Program-made: the position numbers and the translations under genes | The notes under the pieces: model-generated | The model's input: only the letters and a program-made list of their open reading frames with translations | The model's database searches: none | Told to the model about the DNA's origin: nothing | Assembly: GCA_964106645.2 (NCBI GenBank) | Contig: OZ067045.1 | Reading direction: 5' to 3' (one strand) | DNA from: Podarcis pityusensis | Taxonomy: Eukaryota | Length of the DNA: 64,000 nt | Part shown: in pieces, positions 40,819 to 54,100 of the stretch | Numbering within the stretch: the stretch's first letter is position 1 | Layout: the number at the start of each line of letters is the position of its first letter

Positions 40819-43249
40819 TACTTAATAGAGCTTTCCTGCGCTAGCACAGAGCAGAGAGCATCTGCAGGCGGGAGAGGTTGGGATGGGGAAGCTGGAATCC
40901 TGATTTTAGTCCTGCAAACGGCCTTGTGAGCTGGCTTTCTTTGGAGCTCCGTTTGCAAGGTTCTTGTTACTGTTAGAGAAGCGAAGAGGATGGTTTCAAA
41001 GATATTTACCCTCTCCCTTTTTTTTTACCCCTAGTCAGGGCGAGGGATGTGATTTCCCCAGTAGGCCACATCCTGTTTGCATTGCCTGCCGGCTGAAACT
41101 CTTGGTGGGAGTGCTGAATGCAAGATTGTTTCAGCATCGATGGTTCTGGACGTTCCCATTTCTCTGCATTGCTTGTTTGGAGCACCAGCTGAGCTCTTCA
41201 AATCAGCTCTCACCTCCTCTCCCTCCCCGGTGGTTTTAGACCTTGAGATCTAAGTGATACCTGGAAATGCCAAAGTAGTTTCCGTGCTTTGGAGAAAAGC
41301 TGCAGTGGTAACACTTCTATAAGTTTGGGTTCAACATCTGGATGAAATGAGCTTCTGTTTTCCAAGCGGGTAAAAAAGGGTTTGCATTTTGAGTAGCAGC
41401 TGGAGACAGCAACCTTAAAAGAATAATCCTAAACATGAATTGGAAACCAGTGTGACTTACTTGGGAGCAAATGTATTTTGGAGCACGGTTCTAGTGTGAA
41501 ATGCAGAGATGGTTCCTCTAATGAGTCCCAGCCAGTAGGGCCAGTTCTTTTCAGGAGTAATGGGAAGGCCACAGATTAGGCATCCTGACTCAATCCATTT
41601 TGGTTCTTGCATCCTTATCCAGGTCCCTGAAGTGAGAGGCCGCTGAATAGTCCTATCTCTTGATTTGTAATTACCGGTAACTCATCCTTTCTAGGCTTGC
41701 TTTGAGTTACTTTCTAGAGATAGATGCTGGCATCTCCAAGGGTTGGTTGGTGCCTGTACACTTGATTCTGCCTTGTGCATGTGTCCAGCTCCCTCTTGGG
41801 GACTACTAAATTTTGCCACACTTGGTAGAAAGGAGATTAAAGACTGTGAAGAAACACAGTGAGTTCTCCTTTTTAAATTCCTTCCTCCAGCTAAAAATGC
41901 GGCAGATGTTTCCTTTTAAGGATTTTGCTGCCCACGCTTGTAATTTTTATTTTGTGGCTTGAGTGGGTCAGAGACAGTTTGCTATTCTCCGCCTCCTCAA
42001 ACCCTTCTCCATGGTAACTTGCTTTATCACAGGGATGGGGAACCAACTGTAGCCCTGCAGATGGTGCTAGACTTCAGTTCCCAGATTCCTGTCTAATTGC
42101 CATGCTGGATGGAGCTGTTGAGAGTTGGGTCCCAACAGCCTCTGGAGGGTCACGGCATCCTCCTATCTGCTCTGTAGTTTGTCCATGTGTACTGTGTTGG
42201 TCCTAGGGGGAATCTCGCTCCGAGTGTGAGGTGCTCAAAAACAGGCAGGTATTCCAAGCTATGGGGAAGGACTCAGTGGTGGGTCCCACATTCAATCTAC
42301 AGTCTCGTGGATTCAGCTGGGAAAGACGCCTGTCCAAAATCCTGGCAAGCCCCTACCGGTTTGCCCCTAGACTAGGCATCGGGAGCTTTTAGCCTACAAG
42401 CCAAATTTGGCCTGGCACAGGATCGTTGGATTTGCAGGGCTGTTTTCCCCAAACCTGCTCCACATTTGATGCCATATGTGTAGCTTGGCCAAAAGACCAA
42501 GCCCACTTGAGCAGCTTCCAAGGTGCCCAATAACAAGCTGGAAGAATCCCTGCCCCTTGCATGCATTGATGCAAAGAAGCACCTGGGAGGATCACAGAGC
42601 CATTTGCTAGCCTCCGACATCTGGGTACAGAGCGTAAAGGGGGGGGATCATAAAGGGCCTTGTGAGCATCTCCACACCTCCCCTTTGCACCCTGGACATA
42701 GGCAGCACAAAGAAGAAATCCTTTACAAATGTGCTTGAAGCAGCTACCCACTTGCTCCAATATTTTAAGCGGGGTGGGGACTGCTGCTGCAGAGAATGCT
42801 CATTAAAATGGAAGACTCGCAAAGCTGAACAAGGGATTTTGACAGCTGGGCAGCCCCACCTTCAAGTTTTAAGTGTCTAAATATTAGGTAGGCAGCTGCT
42901 GATTTATTATGATGTTATTGATATTTACTGTCAGTTTTTCACCATGCTGAACTTTCGTTGAAGGATGGTCTACAAATTATTAAAATAATGCACCTCAGTT
43001 GTATGTTCTTGTAACGACATGGGTTGCTGCAACTGGTATCCCTTTTGCAGTTGGAACCTTGGGTTCAATGCTAGAAATTCCCCAGGCTGGTCCAATTGCA
43101 ACCATGTGGAGAGCTCTGGATGCCAGGTTGGCGACTGACATCTCAATCTGGCCGGCCCCTTCAGCCTTAAGCAGGTAAGCAGAAGAGCTTATTGCATTTT
43201 TATCCGACATCTTCCTCCAAGGAGTACAGTACATGGTTTATGTACCTCC

Positions 43250-43390
43250 TCAGTTAATCCCTACAACAACCCTGTGAGGTAGATTAAGAGACTGTGACTG
43301 GCCCAAAGTCACCCAGCGAGCTTCATGACTTGAGTGGGGATTTAAGCCATGATCTCCCAGGTTAATTCTAACCACTACGGCACACTGGCT
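43250..43390 (-). mobile_element. MIR-like/core-SINE fragment
   Basis: ctacaacaaccctgtgaggtag...gactggcccaaagtcacccag...gtggggattt motifs; a similar split copy lies at about 20270-20680. Confidence 0.55.
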
Positions 43391-45854
43391 TCCTGAGTAC
43401 TTCTGCTATGCTATATAGGTAAATAAATATGTTGAAGCAAAATGCCACTTAGAGAAGGATCTTGAAGCTTGAAATTTGTTATATGCTGGATTGTTTTATT
43501 TGATGTTTTAATGTGTTGTAAACCACTTTTGAGATTTTTTTCCTTTAAAATATAAAGTGGTATTGAAATGAAATTATTATTAATAACTGCAAAAAAGACA
43601 TTCCATTGTGGCAACCATAACCTAGCTTTAAGGCACCATTTTAGGATTAGTTTATATATCTGAATTTCTAACACTGCTCAGGTTACACTGCAGCTGAATC
43701 GGTGGCTGGGGAAATGATGTCAGCAACTGTCTTTGCTGGTGGTAGCCTTTTTGCCATGTTGCAATTAAGTAGTACAGTAATGTCCACCATTTAGGGGAGT
43801 GAAGCAGGGCTTGGGCTTTATCCACTCAGATTTGCAATTTCTAATCTCTTTTGTCTTTTTTTCATCCCAGGTGCCGCAGGGGTGCCAGTTGTAGTAACGC
43901 TGCAACCACAATTGGAGCAGTAGTGCTAGATGCCTTACTTGAACTAATACAGGACTTGGGGTTTGTTTGTTTTTTTCTGCTAGTTTATGTGAAATGATAG
44001 CAACTCATGAACAGCCAGTTAAAAATTGAGATGTCCATAGCACAGAGGATACACGCCAGGGGCAAGCAAACTTTAATAGCAAAAAACATTTGCTTAATAT
44101 GAATGTTGTTGGCCTGCCAGACAGCCAGTTTTATCAGTTACCAGCCAAAAGGGCAAAGTGATATCATATAATCCCAACAAATTACAGAACTTTTTATATT
44201 GCAAAGCAGGAATCAGGCCATCCTGTAGTAACACTGCCAACCAAAAACATGTCACTAGATACCTATTTACTCATGGTCTTAATTGGTTGTTGCCTTCATG
44301 ATGTCAGTAATGTCTACTATATGGACCACCTTGAGTGCTCAGTATCACAGAATAAGAGCTGCACAAGTGTTACAACCTACAGTCAAGTCTAGTCAGTGTC
44401 CTCTTCTGGAAAACCTTTTTAGCTCATCTTGGCTACTGTATTCAACTGTTTTAATAAAACCTTCATTTATACCAGTGTATGGATTGCTTTCAGTGCATTA
44501 AGGAAGTTCATAATTGGTGAAGTACACAGTGACTATTCTCACCCACCCTTGATGGGCAGACACCAATGAGGTTTTGCGGAGTATTAACAAAAACCGCACT
44601 GTTGAAGAGAGTTGGGGGCCCTCTTACATTCCCAACAGCATTTTGCCTGCTGTGCAGTAAGCAGAGCCCTCTTTTGTGCTCCCAAACACAAAGCAGGCTT
44701 TTAACTTAACTGTTTTCCAAAAAGTCAGCTTGGAGGAGTTTTGTCTGCTGTTGGTTTTGTAGGTGTCTTGAGAAAATTCAGTCCCCTTCAAGTCTGCGAT
44801 TACAGGATGAGAAGGGGACTGTCAGACTTGGGCTCCTGCCTACTCTCTCTGAGAGGACTTCAGCAGCTCCCCACACCAACTTGCTGGCTTCTTAAAGCTC
44901 ACCAGTTATGAATGAGCATATTCATATGGTACATGGGACCTTGCAGTCTCTTGTGAGCCCTGCTCTATGCTCTCACGTGCTTTTGCCTGGCTAGAATGAA
45001 CAGCGATAATGCCTCTTGTGTATATGGGTTTGTGAATGACTGTAAAAACCGTGTTCCTGCAAGGCTGGAATGTGGCCTGCTGCACAAAAGCAGTGTCATG
45101 GCTGCTGTGCTACTATATCTGTCTCTGACCTCACATTTTGTCTGCCCCCCAAGTTTACTACTAGCAAACATGGCCCTTTTTAACTGAAAAAAAGGTTTTC
45201 CCATCCCTGTTTAAAAAGTGCACTCTCTGTGCCAGATAACATTAAATCCAAAGAGCTACCAAAGCCTTTCTCCCATCTGTAGATGGATCTCATTGTCTCT
45301 TCCTCCTGAAGCTTCTGCCTGGACAGAGACATGGCTGTAGCTCTTAAGAGGTCCAGGGTCCCCACAGTTCCAGTAGCCAAACTTGAAGGAGGGCCCTATG
45401 TTTTTCTTAAGAGTAAGAAACAAAAATTCCTCTGGGGAACTTCAGAGGCAGAAAGAAAACTTAAAACTCATCCATCGTATACAAATATACTGTTTTATTC
45501 TAGGGGAACCTTTGTGTTAAGTTCTACCAAGGGGAAAGACCAGGGAAAGATTTTTTAAAAATTCAACAAGATGGTTTGGATATATTCCCTTGCTGCTTAT
45601 TCCCTGCAGGAACAGAAAAACAAAGAAATCCACACAAATTTCTAAGGAGAACACAAAACAGTCTGACAGACAGATATAGCTGCATGTCTGAGGGTCTTCC
45701 CACCTACTGTGGGCTTCTGAATTATAGACTCATAGGAGGACAATTTACATGCAACCAAGACACCACTTTTAAAAAACTTTTTTTTTTTTATAGCTACACA
45801 GTAAATTGATTGTACCTGTTTAAAAAAACACACCAAAAAAAGCTCTCATCTTTT

Positions 45855-47085
45855 TTTAAAAAAATGTGAGGGACTTTTATTTTTTTTTTAAGTTCCAGAA
45901 AAACATATTTTGATGTTGTAATCCGTAACAGTGTATCTGCTATTCAACTACTTATTCATACAGCTACAAGGGGTAAAAAGGGATGGGTGGGTGGAGGAAT
46001 TGGGGGGAAATTAGCGTTTTAAACACCTAGAAAAATTCATGTACTTCAAACTGTGGAAAGTTTACTGGAAAAAGGTCACAACCCAGTAACAACTTTTCCT
46101 CCCTTCCACTCTCCAAATTTTTACCTCAGGCTATACAGTGAAACATGGGATTTCTGTTCAGAAGCAACAAAAACATTGTGGGATGGGGAAGAGAGAGATA
46201 AAATCAGAATTATACAGAAATTGGGGGGAGGGGGCAGGTGCTTTTTTAAAAAAACCCTATTTCACACATTTTTCCGTATTTCAAAAATACACTAGTGAAC
46301 TTCATTACAGGCAGGGGACAGGACTATCAAGTACACAACGGCAAAAGAGGACTACTTTCTGATCTTATTTTGTTGTTACCTTTGATACTGTTAAAAATAA
46401 TAAACTCAAACACACACACACATACACACACACAAGGAGTTCAACCCTGGAGAGGTTTTCAACTAGAGGATTTCTTTTTTAAAAAAGGAAGGTGGTGGCT
46501 GGACAAAACTGCCAATAAAAACATACTATTTTCTGTTTTTAAAAAATAGGTTGGCTTTCCAACTGAACTGCAAGACTGAGAAAATACAGTCTAACACATG
46601 AGGAGGGGATTGGTGAAATGTATTTGACCAAGCTTTGGAGAATCACCCTGCATTTTTTATAATGTGGAAGGATTTTGACCGGGGTGGTGGTAAAAGCCTA
46701 ACAGTCAGGATACCAGAAGTTCTCTTCTAAATTTGGGCCTCATGTCCTTTTTCACCGAAGGATCACCCAAGTATCATTTTGTAGCTGGGCTCCTTTTTTT
46801 AAGGGTGCGATAATTAAAATAAAATAAAATTGCGAGGCCCACAAACCCTCATCCCTCCAGGAGGTATACCAAAAAAAAAAAAAGATTATCACAGAAGGGA
46901 GACAAAGAACTGGAGAAGCTGCCACTGAGATGGGTTGGAGAAAAAATGAAAAGGGAGGAACAGAACAGGGAGCACAATTCCTCCAGAACCGTTGCTGTGT
47001 ACCTTGGCGTTTGATACCAGTATAATGGTCCGGTGTGGGGTGTGCGTGTTCCTGTGTCAACCCTGTTTGTTGTAGTTGGGAGTGC

Positions 47086-47122
<37 letters not shown>

Positions 47123-47919
47123 CATTTCCTGTCTCAACGTAGTGATCTGAAAGGATGCTCAGCTTTACTCTGCTGCTCAGTGAGGGATGCAACAGACCCA
47201 CAGTTTCAAAAGGGAGGGAATTTCACAGCACCCCACTAAGCTGAGTCCTTTGCCCCAGCTTCTGGCTGAAACCGCCTCTTTGAACATCCAATTTGAGGTG
47301 TTTACTTTTCCCTCTCTTGAAAAAAATAAAAAATAAAAAAATGGGGGGAGAACAATGATGGAAAATTGGTGTGTTTATCTTACAGACAGAATTTCCATTG
47401 GTTTCCACCTTACTACGTTCTGCTTCGCATCCTACAGTAAATGTTAGGAAAACCCCACACAGCTGTGGGCAGCAGCTACATTGCAAAAGCACCCAGGGGT
47501 TTAATCTAGCTTTCTTTGCTTCCATGGTTAGAAGGAAAGGACGTACACAACAGGATTCCCTCTAAGGAAAAAAAAAATCCTTAACGGGTAACAATTGATA
47601 CAAGCACCACTTTGTTTTGAGGAGGGGAGGAGGCGGGACAAGCATCAAGCTCATCTTAAGAAAGCGTTTTCAGGATCAAATGCAGCCACTGAGCCCTCCG
47701 TTTTCTTGCGCTTTGGGCTGTTTTCTGTCCTTTGATTCTTATTTGCACTCTGTCACAGCTCGTGCTGCTCCTCCTGACGGTTTGTGTGATGTGACGGAGG
47801 AAGTCTTCCAAAGGATGGATGCGTTCACAGTTTGGTGCTTTTGCAAGGTGTATTGGAAAGGGAAAGAAACAAAAACAAAAACAAACCCCAAAAGAGATAA
47901 TGCCCCCCTTCGCCCAACT
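45855..47919 (-). other. ZMYM4: ZMYM4 3' UTR; candidate poly(A) signal AATAAA at 45881-45876 (further candidates near 45493 and ATTAAA near 44072)
   Basis: About 2 kb of TE-poor, U-rich sequence on the minus strand after the stop; plus-strand tttatt at 45876-45881. Confidence 0.55.
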
Positions 47920-48127
47920 TTAGTCTGAAAGCTCAGGGTCAGAGTCCTCTGGTTTGACTTTGGCAAGTTCTTCGTGCACCTCCCTTACCATAAGGATACG
48001 CGTCAACATGATGTCCAAAGTCCCAGGATCTATTGGCATAGTGGAATACCACATGGGGCTATTGGGGACACACGAACGCTCTGGCTGGAGGTAAAAGACA
48101 TCACTTCTCTGCTTCACGCTTTCAGAA
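47920..48127 (-). CDS. ZMYM4: ZMYM4 terminal coding exon ([20 protein letters not shown]...EDSDPELSD*)
   Basis: Acceptor cccacag|; TAA at 47922-47920. 208 nt. Confidence 0.96.
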
Positions 48128-51100
48128 CTGTGGGAACAGAGGCTCATGTAAGAAGGCGGCGCTGAGACAGTCCACAGAAAGCACAGGTTCAAGGAAGAAT
48201 TCGGGGCAGAAAGCTAGGCAACAAAGTATGACTGAACGCAGAAGCTAGGAGTGGGAAGGAAAACAGGAAGTGACGCAAGGATGGGAGGGCAGCCAATGAA
48301 ATTAGCAGATTTTAAAGGGTATAAAGTATCTATTTCTCTTTCCCTACACAGCCAGTGCATGCAATGCCTTCCATTATATTACGCTTTGGGGAATGTCTCA
48401 AATGCTTCCCATATTATTACCTCAGAAATCCTCTCAAAGGGCTTGCAAAGCAAGTCAGTATTAGCCCGGTTCATATGTAATGTAGAACATGTGTATAGTT
48501 AATGCTTAGCTGTGTGCTTCTTTGGCAATTTTCAGTGCTGTTTTTTGCATTTTATTTCTTCACACATCCAGGCTGATGCAAGTAGGTTACGAGGTGGAAT
48601 CCCAAACTACTCTAATCAAATGGGGGTGTGGTAGGAAATAGGGATGAAAGGGATACTGCAAAATGCCCATGACCAACAAGGCTAGGATGGTAGACACATT
48701 TCTACGTCATCTTTTTTCATGTTCAGAAGACAACTTAGTGCATAGAAATGCAGCTGTTTTGCATTCGTGAATTCACACCACAGAATGGGTGTGCAGTCAA
48801 TACACATACAAATGAATGCAGAGATTGACACCCTGAATTTATTCAGGAAACCCAGCCAGATGGGCGGAGAATGAATGAATGAATGAATGAATAAATAAAT
48901 AAATAAATAAAGTCATCCTTATGACCACCTGCACAGCTCAGCATGAATGCACACAGGTGATATCTGATCAGGGTGTTCTGATCCCTTTACAGCAGATGCA
49001 GGGAGGGCAGCGCTGACCCTATGAGATGATCGCTTGCCAAAGGATACCTGAAGCATCTGGGGGAAGCTTTTAATGTTTAACAGACCATTGTATTTTAATA
49101 TTTTATTGGAAGCTGCCCAGAGTGGTTGGGGAAACCCAGCCAGATGGGTGGGGTATAAATAATAAATTATTTATTATTATTATTATTATTATTAGGCTAC
49201 AGCCTAGGGTTAGTGCCCAAGAGTTCAATTTGTCCTCCAAGGGCTTCCATTAAAAACTAACAGAGCGCTGACAAGGGCTGTAGAAACAAAAAGGCACAGG
49301 TTCCCTGACCTGTGCAGCTGACTGGGATCAGGGCAACGTGTAGTATTAGGGTGCACCTGCTCCCCTCCCGCTTACTGATTCAGCTTTGTTTGCAGTTGAG
49401 TTCCTGCAAGAGAAGGCTTGAATTTGCAGAGGTACATGATGGGAATTGATCCATTTCTTTGTAACCAACTCCAAACTCTCTTGCTGCAAGGGGAGCCTCT
49501 GAGCACTGATTTGCTGGAGGAGGAAAGAGAGGGAAGGCAGGAAAGAAAGGCAGCATCGCTCACCACTTTGACAAGTAGAATTCATAGAGCCGAACTGGGC
49601 ATCTCAAGGGGTTGTCAGTGTTCTCGACCATTTCCACCGCTGTTGGGACATCTTCGCCCTCGTGGCGTTTTCTTTTCCCTACTAATTTATCTAGAGATGG
49701 AGCAGGGAGGGAGAAGGGAGGAAAGAGGGCAATGGCACAAGAACAAAATCATTAGTTTTTGGGACAGAAAACTCATTAGGAGTAGCAATTGCTTTCGTTA
49801 CTCTTCCATGCAGGGTCGCCTTTGTAAGTGGCCAACGTTTTAAAAGGAGTACCGTATTTTTCGCTCTATAGGATGCACTGGACGATAAGACGCAACTAGT
49901 TTGGGGGGGAGGAAACAAGAAGAAAAAAATTCTGTACCCCAGAAGCCAGAACAGCAAGAGGGATCTGGCTTCTGGGATATCCTCTTGCTGTTCTGGCTTC
50001 GGGGACAGCCTTTGAAGCCTTGCGGGGACAGCCTTGCGCAGCCATCCCCAAGCTAGAACAGCGAGATGGAGTGCTGCGCAGCGCTCTGTCTCACTGTTCT
50101 GGCTTTGGGGACAGCCTTTGAAGCCTCCGCAGGGCAGCGGAGTGCCTTCACCCCGCTGCCCTGCGGAGGCTTTGCGCAACCATCCCCAAGCTAGAACAGC
50201 GAGACGGAGCGCTCCGTGTTCTGGCTTTGGGCTTAGCCGTGCAGCCTGCATTCGCTCCATAAGACGCACACACATTTCCCCTTACTTTTTAGAAGGGAAA
50301 AAGTGCGTCTTATAGAGTGAAAAATACGGTAAGCTGGGATTCTGTAAATTGTTGTGCTTGTACAGAATTTCAACGCGCCTGTGTGCAACACCCGGTAACC
50401 CAAGGAAGTCAAGCCATGCGCTGCAGGAAAAGAATGTCCACAACAGCTCACCCACCTGATTCTACCTCCTGCTTTTGGAAAGGAGGAAAGAAGCGTAAAT
50501 AAGTCAGCTTGGTGTTGTACTTCAGGGTCCGTGTGCGGCGCATGACGTGGGCAAAGGACAACTTCATGTGCTCGCTGACATTCTTGAGCTGGAAGTATTT
50601 GGTGTTGAAGAAAAGCAGCGTGTTCAGGAGGACGATGGGGGAATAGGCACCCAGCTGCTTACACTCCCATAAGTGCTCCTCTTCAATTCTTGAGAACATG
50701 TAACCTGGAGATTAGATGATCAGGGGACACACAACAGGAAGGAGAAACCTGGTCAGTCCTTTACCACTGGCCAGTGGCTAGTGAACCACCAAGCACCTCC
50801 TGTGACTCTTGCACCAAAATGCTGGGCTAAAGGAAGTTGCTGCAATGAGAGCCGGGCACCAGTGCAGCCTTCCCCAACATGCTGAGCACCAGAGTTCTTG
50901 GAGTACTTGCCCCATGAACTGTCTAGGCCTGATGGGGGAGTTGTAGTCCAAAACCTTGAGAGAACACAAGGTTGGAGGAGAGTGCTCTAGAGCAGAGCAG
51001 GTAAGATTTTAGAGGGAAGCCCCCGCCCCCCAGTGTATGCTCAAGGGGCATAGCTCCTGCTTTCCCACCTGCTCCCAACAGCAGCAGCGCCTGTAGGAAC

Positions 51101-54100
51101 TTTAGCTCTGCTCTTCATCTGAGAGGGGTATGAGATAAGCCTTATGGCTTCTAAGAACACACAGCCTCTTCTATTTTCAACTCTCTGCTTCTTTAATAAT
51201 GTTTCCATTGTTACATTCTGCTCTGTGCAGGCTCAGAAACCACACATGCACGGAGGCCACAACAGGAAAAGCCAAAAACCCAGTAGAAATTAACTAAAAT
51301 AGCACCAGCAGCCAACAGTCACACAGGCAAATGATCTATGATCCATCAAACGCTCTGGTGGGCAAAATGTAGAAAAAGATAACAAAGGTGGTGCCATGTG
51401 AATGTTCCTGAAATGAGGGTGTGCCACAAATAAGAGCATGGGCACAAGTAAGAGCATTTCTGCACCTCTGAAGGCAGGGGCAGCCTAGGCAGCCCTCAAA
51501 AGGTGCTCTTAAAAAAGGAAAAAGGAAAAAAGAGGCATGTTCATATGGAAACAATTTTGCCTTAATTGTTTTAAGAGATGCCAAGTTGGCATTCTTGCCT
51601 TATAAATACAGACTGTGACCATGAATCAGAGGGACTGTAGTGAAAAAGAAAGAAAAAATACAATATAAGGCTAAAGACAGACCACCCCTCATTTATTAGA
51701 AGCCACCATCTCCCTCTCTGGAGTCTATGTTCTCCCTTCCGATACATGCCCACATGACATTATAGACAAAACAAGTAACCTCCTTACCATTTGGAAGCGT
51801 TGTAGGCTCCCAGATTTTCAACAGTTTTGTAAGTTCGATCATAAACCTGGAGTAGGGCTCGGTAAAAATGTTATCTATTCTACCATTCTCAAATAGGTAC
51901 TGCAAGAGAAGAAAAACGATGACAGAAAACTTGGGAGGTTTACATAGAAAGGTGCAGACACAGCCTGCTGATTCAGTTCTATCCTCCTAACATTTTTTGG
52001 AGTGGGGTTCTGTATTCTTGGAGGTGATTCTCTTCTCCAGACTGCCTGGCTTTGGGCAACAGCCGGAAAATGGGACTTTTCTTGCAGACTTATGATACCA
52101 CCTCCAGCCCTATATTCCGCCACAACTCTTGAAGACCATCCCACAATGCTTTCTTACATGCAACATTAATTTGACACATCAGGTATCTATATACGTGTGC
52201 AGAAGGGCAGTCTTAGGGACTGGCCCCCAACTTTATCTCTCCTGGGAGACTGGTCAAAGCTTGAGGTTGGACAGCTTCCAGAAGTGCTGTAAGATGTTTT
52301 CATTCAAACTGGCTTTGGTGCAAAGGGGGTTTGGTAGAATTATTAGCACACTATTTCCCTGGTGTGCTGCAAGTTCAATTAAATAAATCCACAGCACGCC
52401 TGCAACTCTCAGAAAGAACTATTGGCACCACAACCTCAGGAGAACAATGCTATGATAATAAATGTGAATTGTCTTACTCAAGAGTCGTACTATCATTTCT
52501 TCCTATAATTTATATCCCAACCACCTATAACCATATATACTCAGGGCAGCTCACAAGGGCTTAAATCACAGCAACAAAACAAATCAAGCTGTAAAACAAT
52601 GGGAATGATTTTAAAGAAGCAATCAATTTAGAAATGTACTGAGCCAGAACTAAAGAAAAGAAGAAAATGCCTACTGAAATCAAAATGTTTTGAAAGCATG
52701 CCCAGAAACAGGCAGTGAAGGGACCATGTGCGCCTCTCTTCTGAGACCATTCCACAAACTTGGTGACATCGAAGAAGCCCACCCACCACACATCTATCAG
52801 ATGAGAGTGAAGAACCTCAGATGTAGGTTGAAGTTCTCAGGAAGAGAAGAGGCAGAACCTGAGATATTTTGGTCCCAGAAATTTAGGTCTTTAAAAAGGT
52901 TAAAGACAACAACTTGAATTAAACCTGGTAACAGACTGGCAATGAGTGAGGTTGACAAAGGACTGGTGTAGCATGAGCAAATCTGCCTAGGCTCAATAAA
53001 CAATTCTTTTTGCTGGTCACTCTTTAAAAGAACAAATAAGGAAAGAAATATAACACCAAAAGGACAATTACCTGCTGAATTCCAAGGCACAGGTATAAGA
53101 TGCTGTCAGGGTCATACTTCTCACCATTTGGTCGTCGTACCTCCTGGATAAACTGGCATAAGCCAAAGCTCAGCTCCGAAAAAGAACAAGAAAGGATGTC
53201 CTCTTTGAGCTTCACAGGTCGAACTACAAGGAAGAAAAGCACCAAAAGAACATCAGCCTCTTTCACAAGCAGAAATATTTGAATACTCAACTCCATCAGA
53301 GTAATTGAGGGCACTGTCCACTCATAAGCAATTAAGGAATTCCTTTTTTTGTTTCCCAAGCTCCTGAACAGCAAGTTGGCAGTCTAAAAGGGAAGGAGAA
53401 CTACTTTTCCAATAATTAAATGAACCAATAAAAAAGGTGTTGATTCAAATACCTCCCCCTTCTGCAATATGGGGCCTATCTTAGAGGACTGTTGCCATGA
53501 TAATATATATGAAATGCTTCGTATCCTGAAAGTGCCAAATATTTTAACCAATAACTGCCTACACACTTTCAAACTTGTTTTTTAGAATGGGAATCTTGAT
53601 GGGAAACCTGCCTGCCACTCTCTGTAAATGATTTTTTTTAAAAAAAATCCAGATATTTGAGGGGTGTAGCTATCTGACCCTTATTGTGGGATGTGCAGTA
53701 ATACAGCTTTTAATTAGCTACAGCAGCTAAGCACTAGCTGTGCAATAAAGGGGGGGAATGAATTTAATGCAAATAAAATCATATGCACGATCACTGCTGA
53801 TGACATGTACTGACATCAGAGGGAGAGACCGAGGAAATCTATTTCACTTCAAATGGTGGGTTTCAGAGGAACCTGGAACAGGAGAAAATTTGGAGGTGGC
53901 CTGTTGGTAGCTTGTGTGAATTAAACTTAGGTCTCAGGTTTGGGAACATAACAATCTCACCCAAACAAAGACCCAGAGTATTCTGCATAGGCATTCTTGT
54001 TGAGCCTATGAACCTGTATCCTGGAATCCCAAATCTCCAATACCCAATTAATTCATTGCAACTGAGCAGATTCCATTTAAATCAATAGGGCTTGTTTCCA

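Noticed and set aside
42187-42880. Coding-looking intergenic stretch as a possible pseudogene
   Set aside because: Short ORFs in several frames with no protein similarity that I can recognise.
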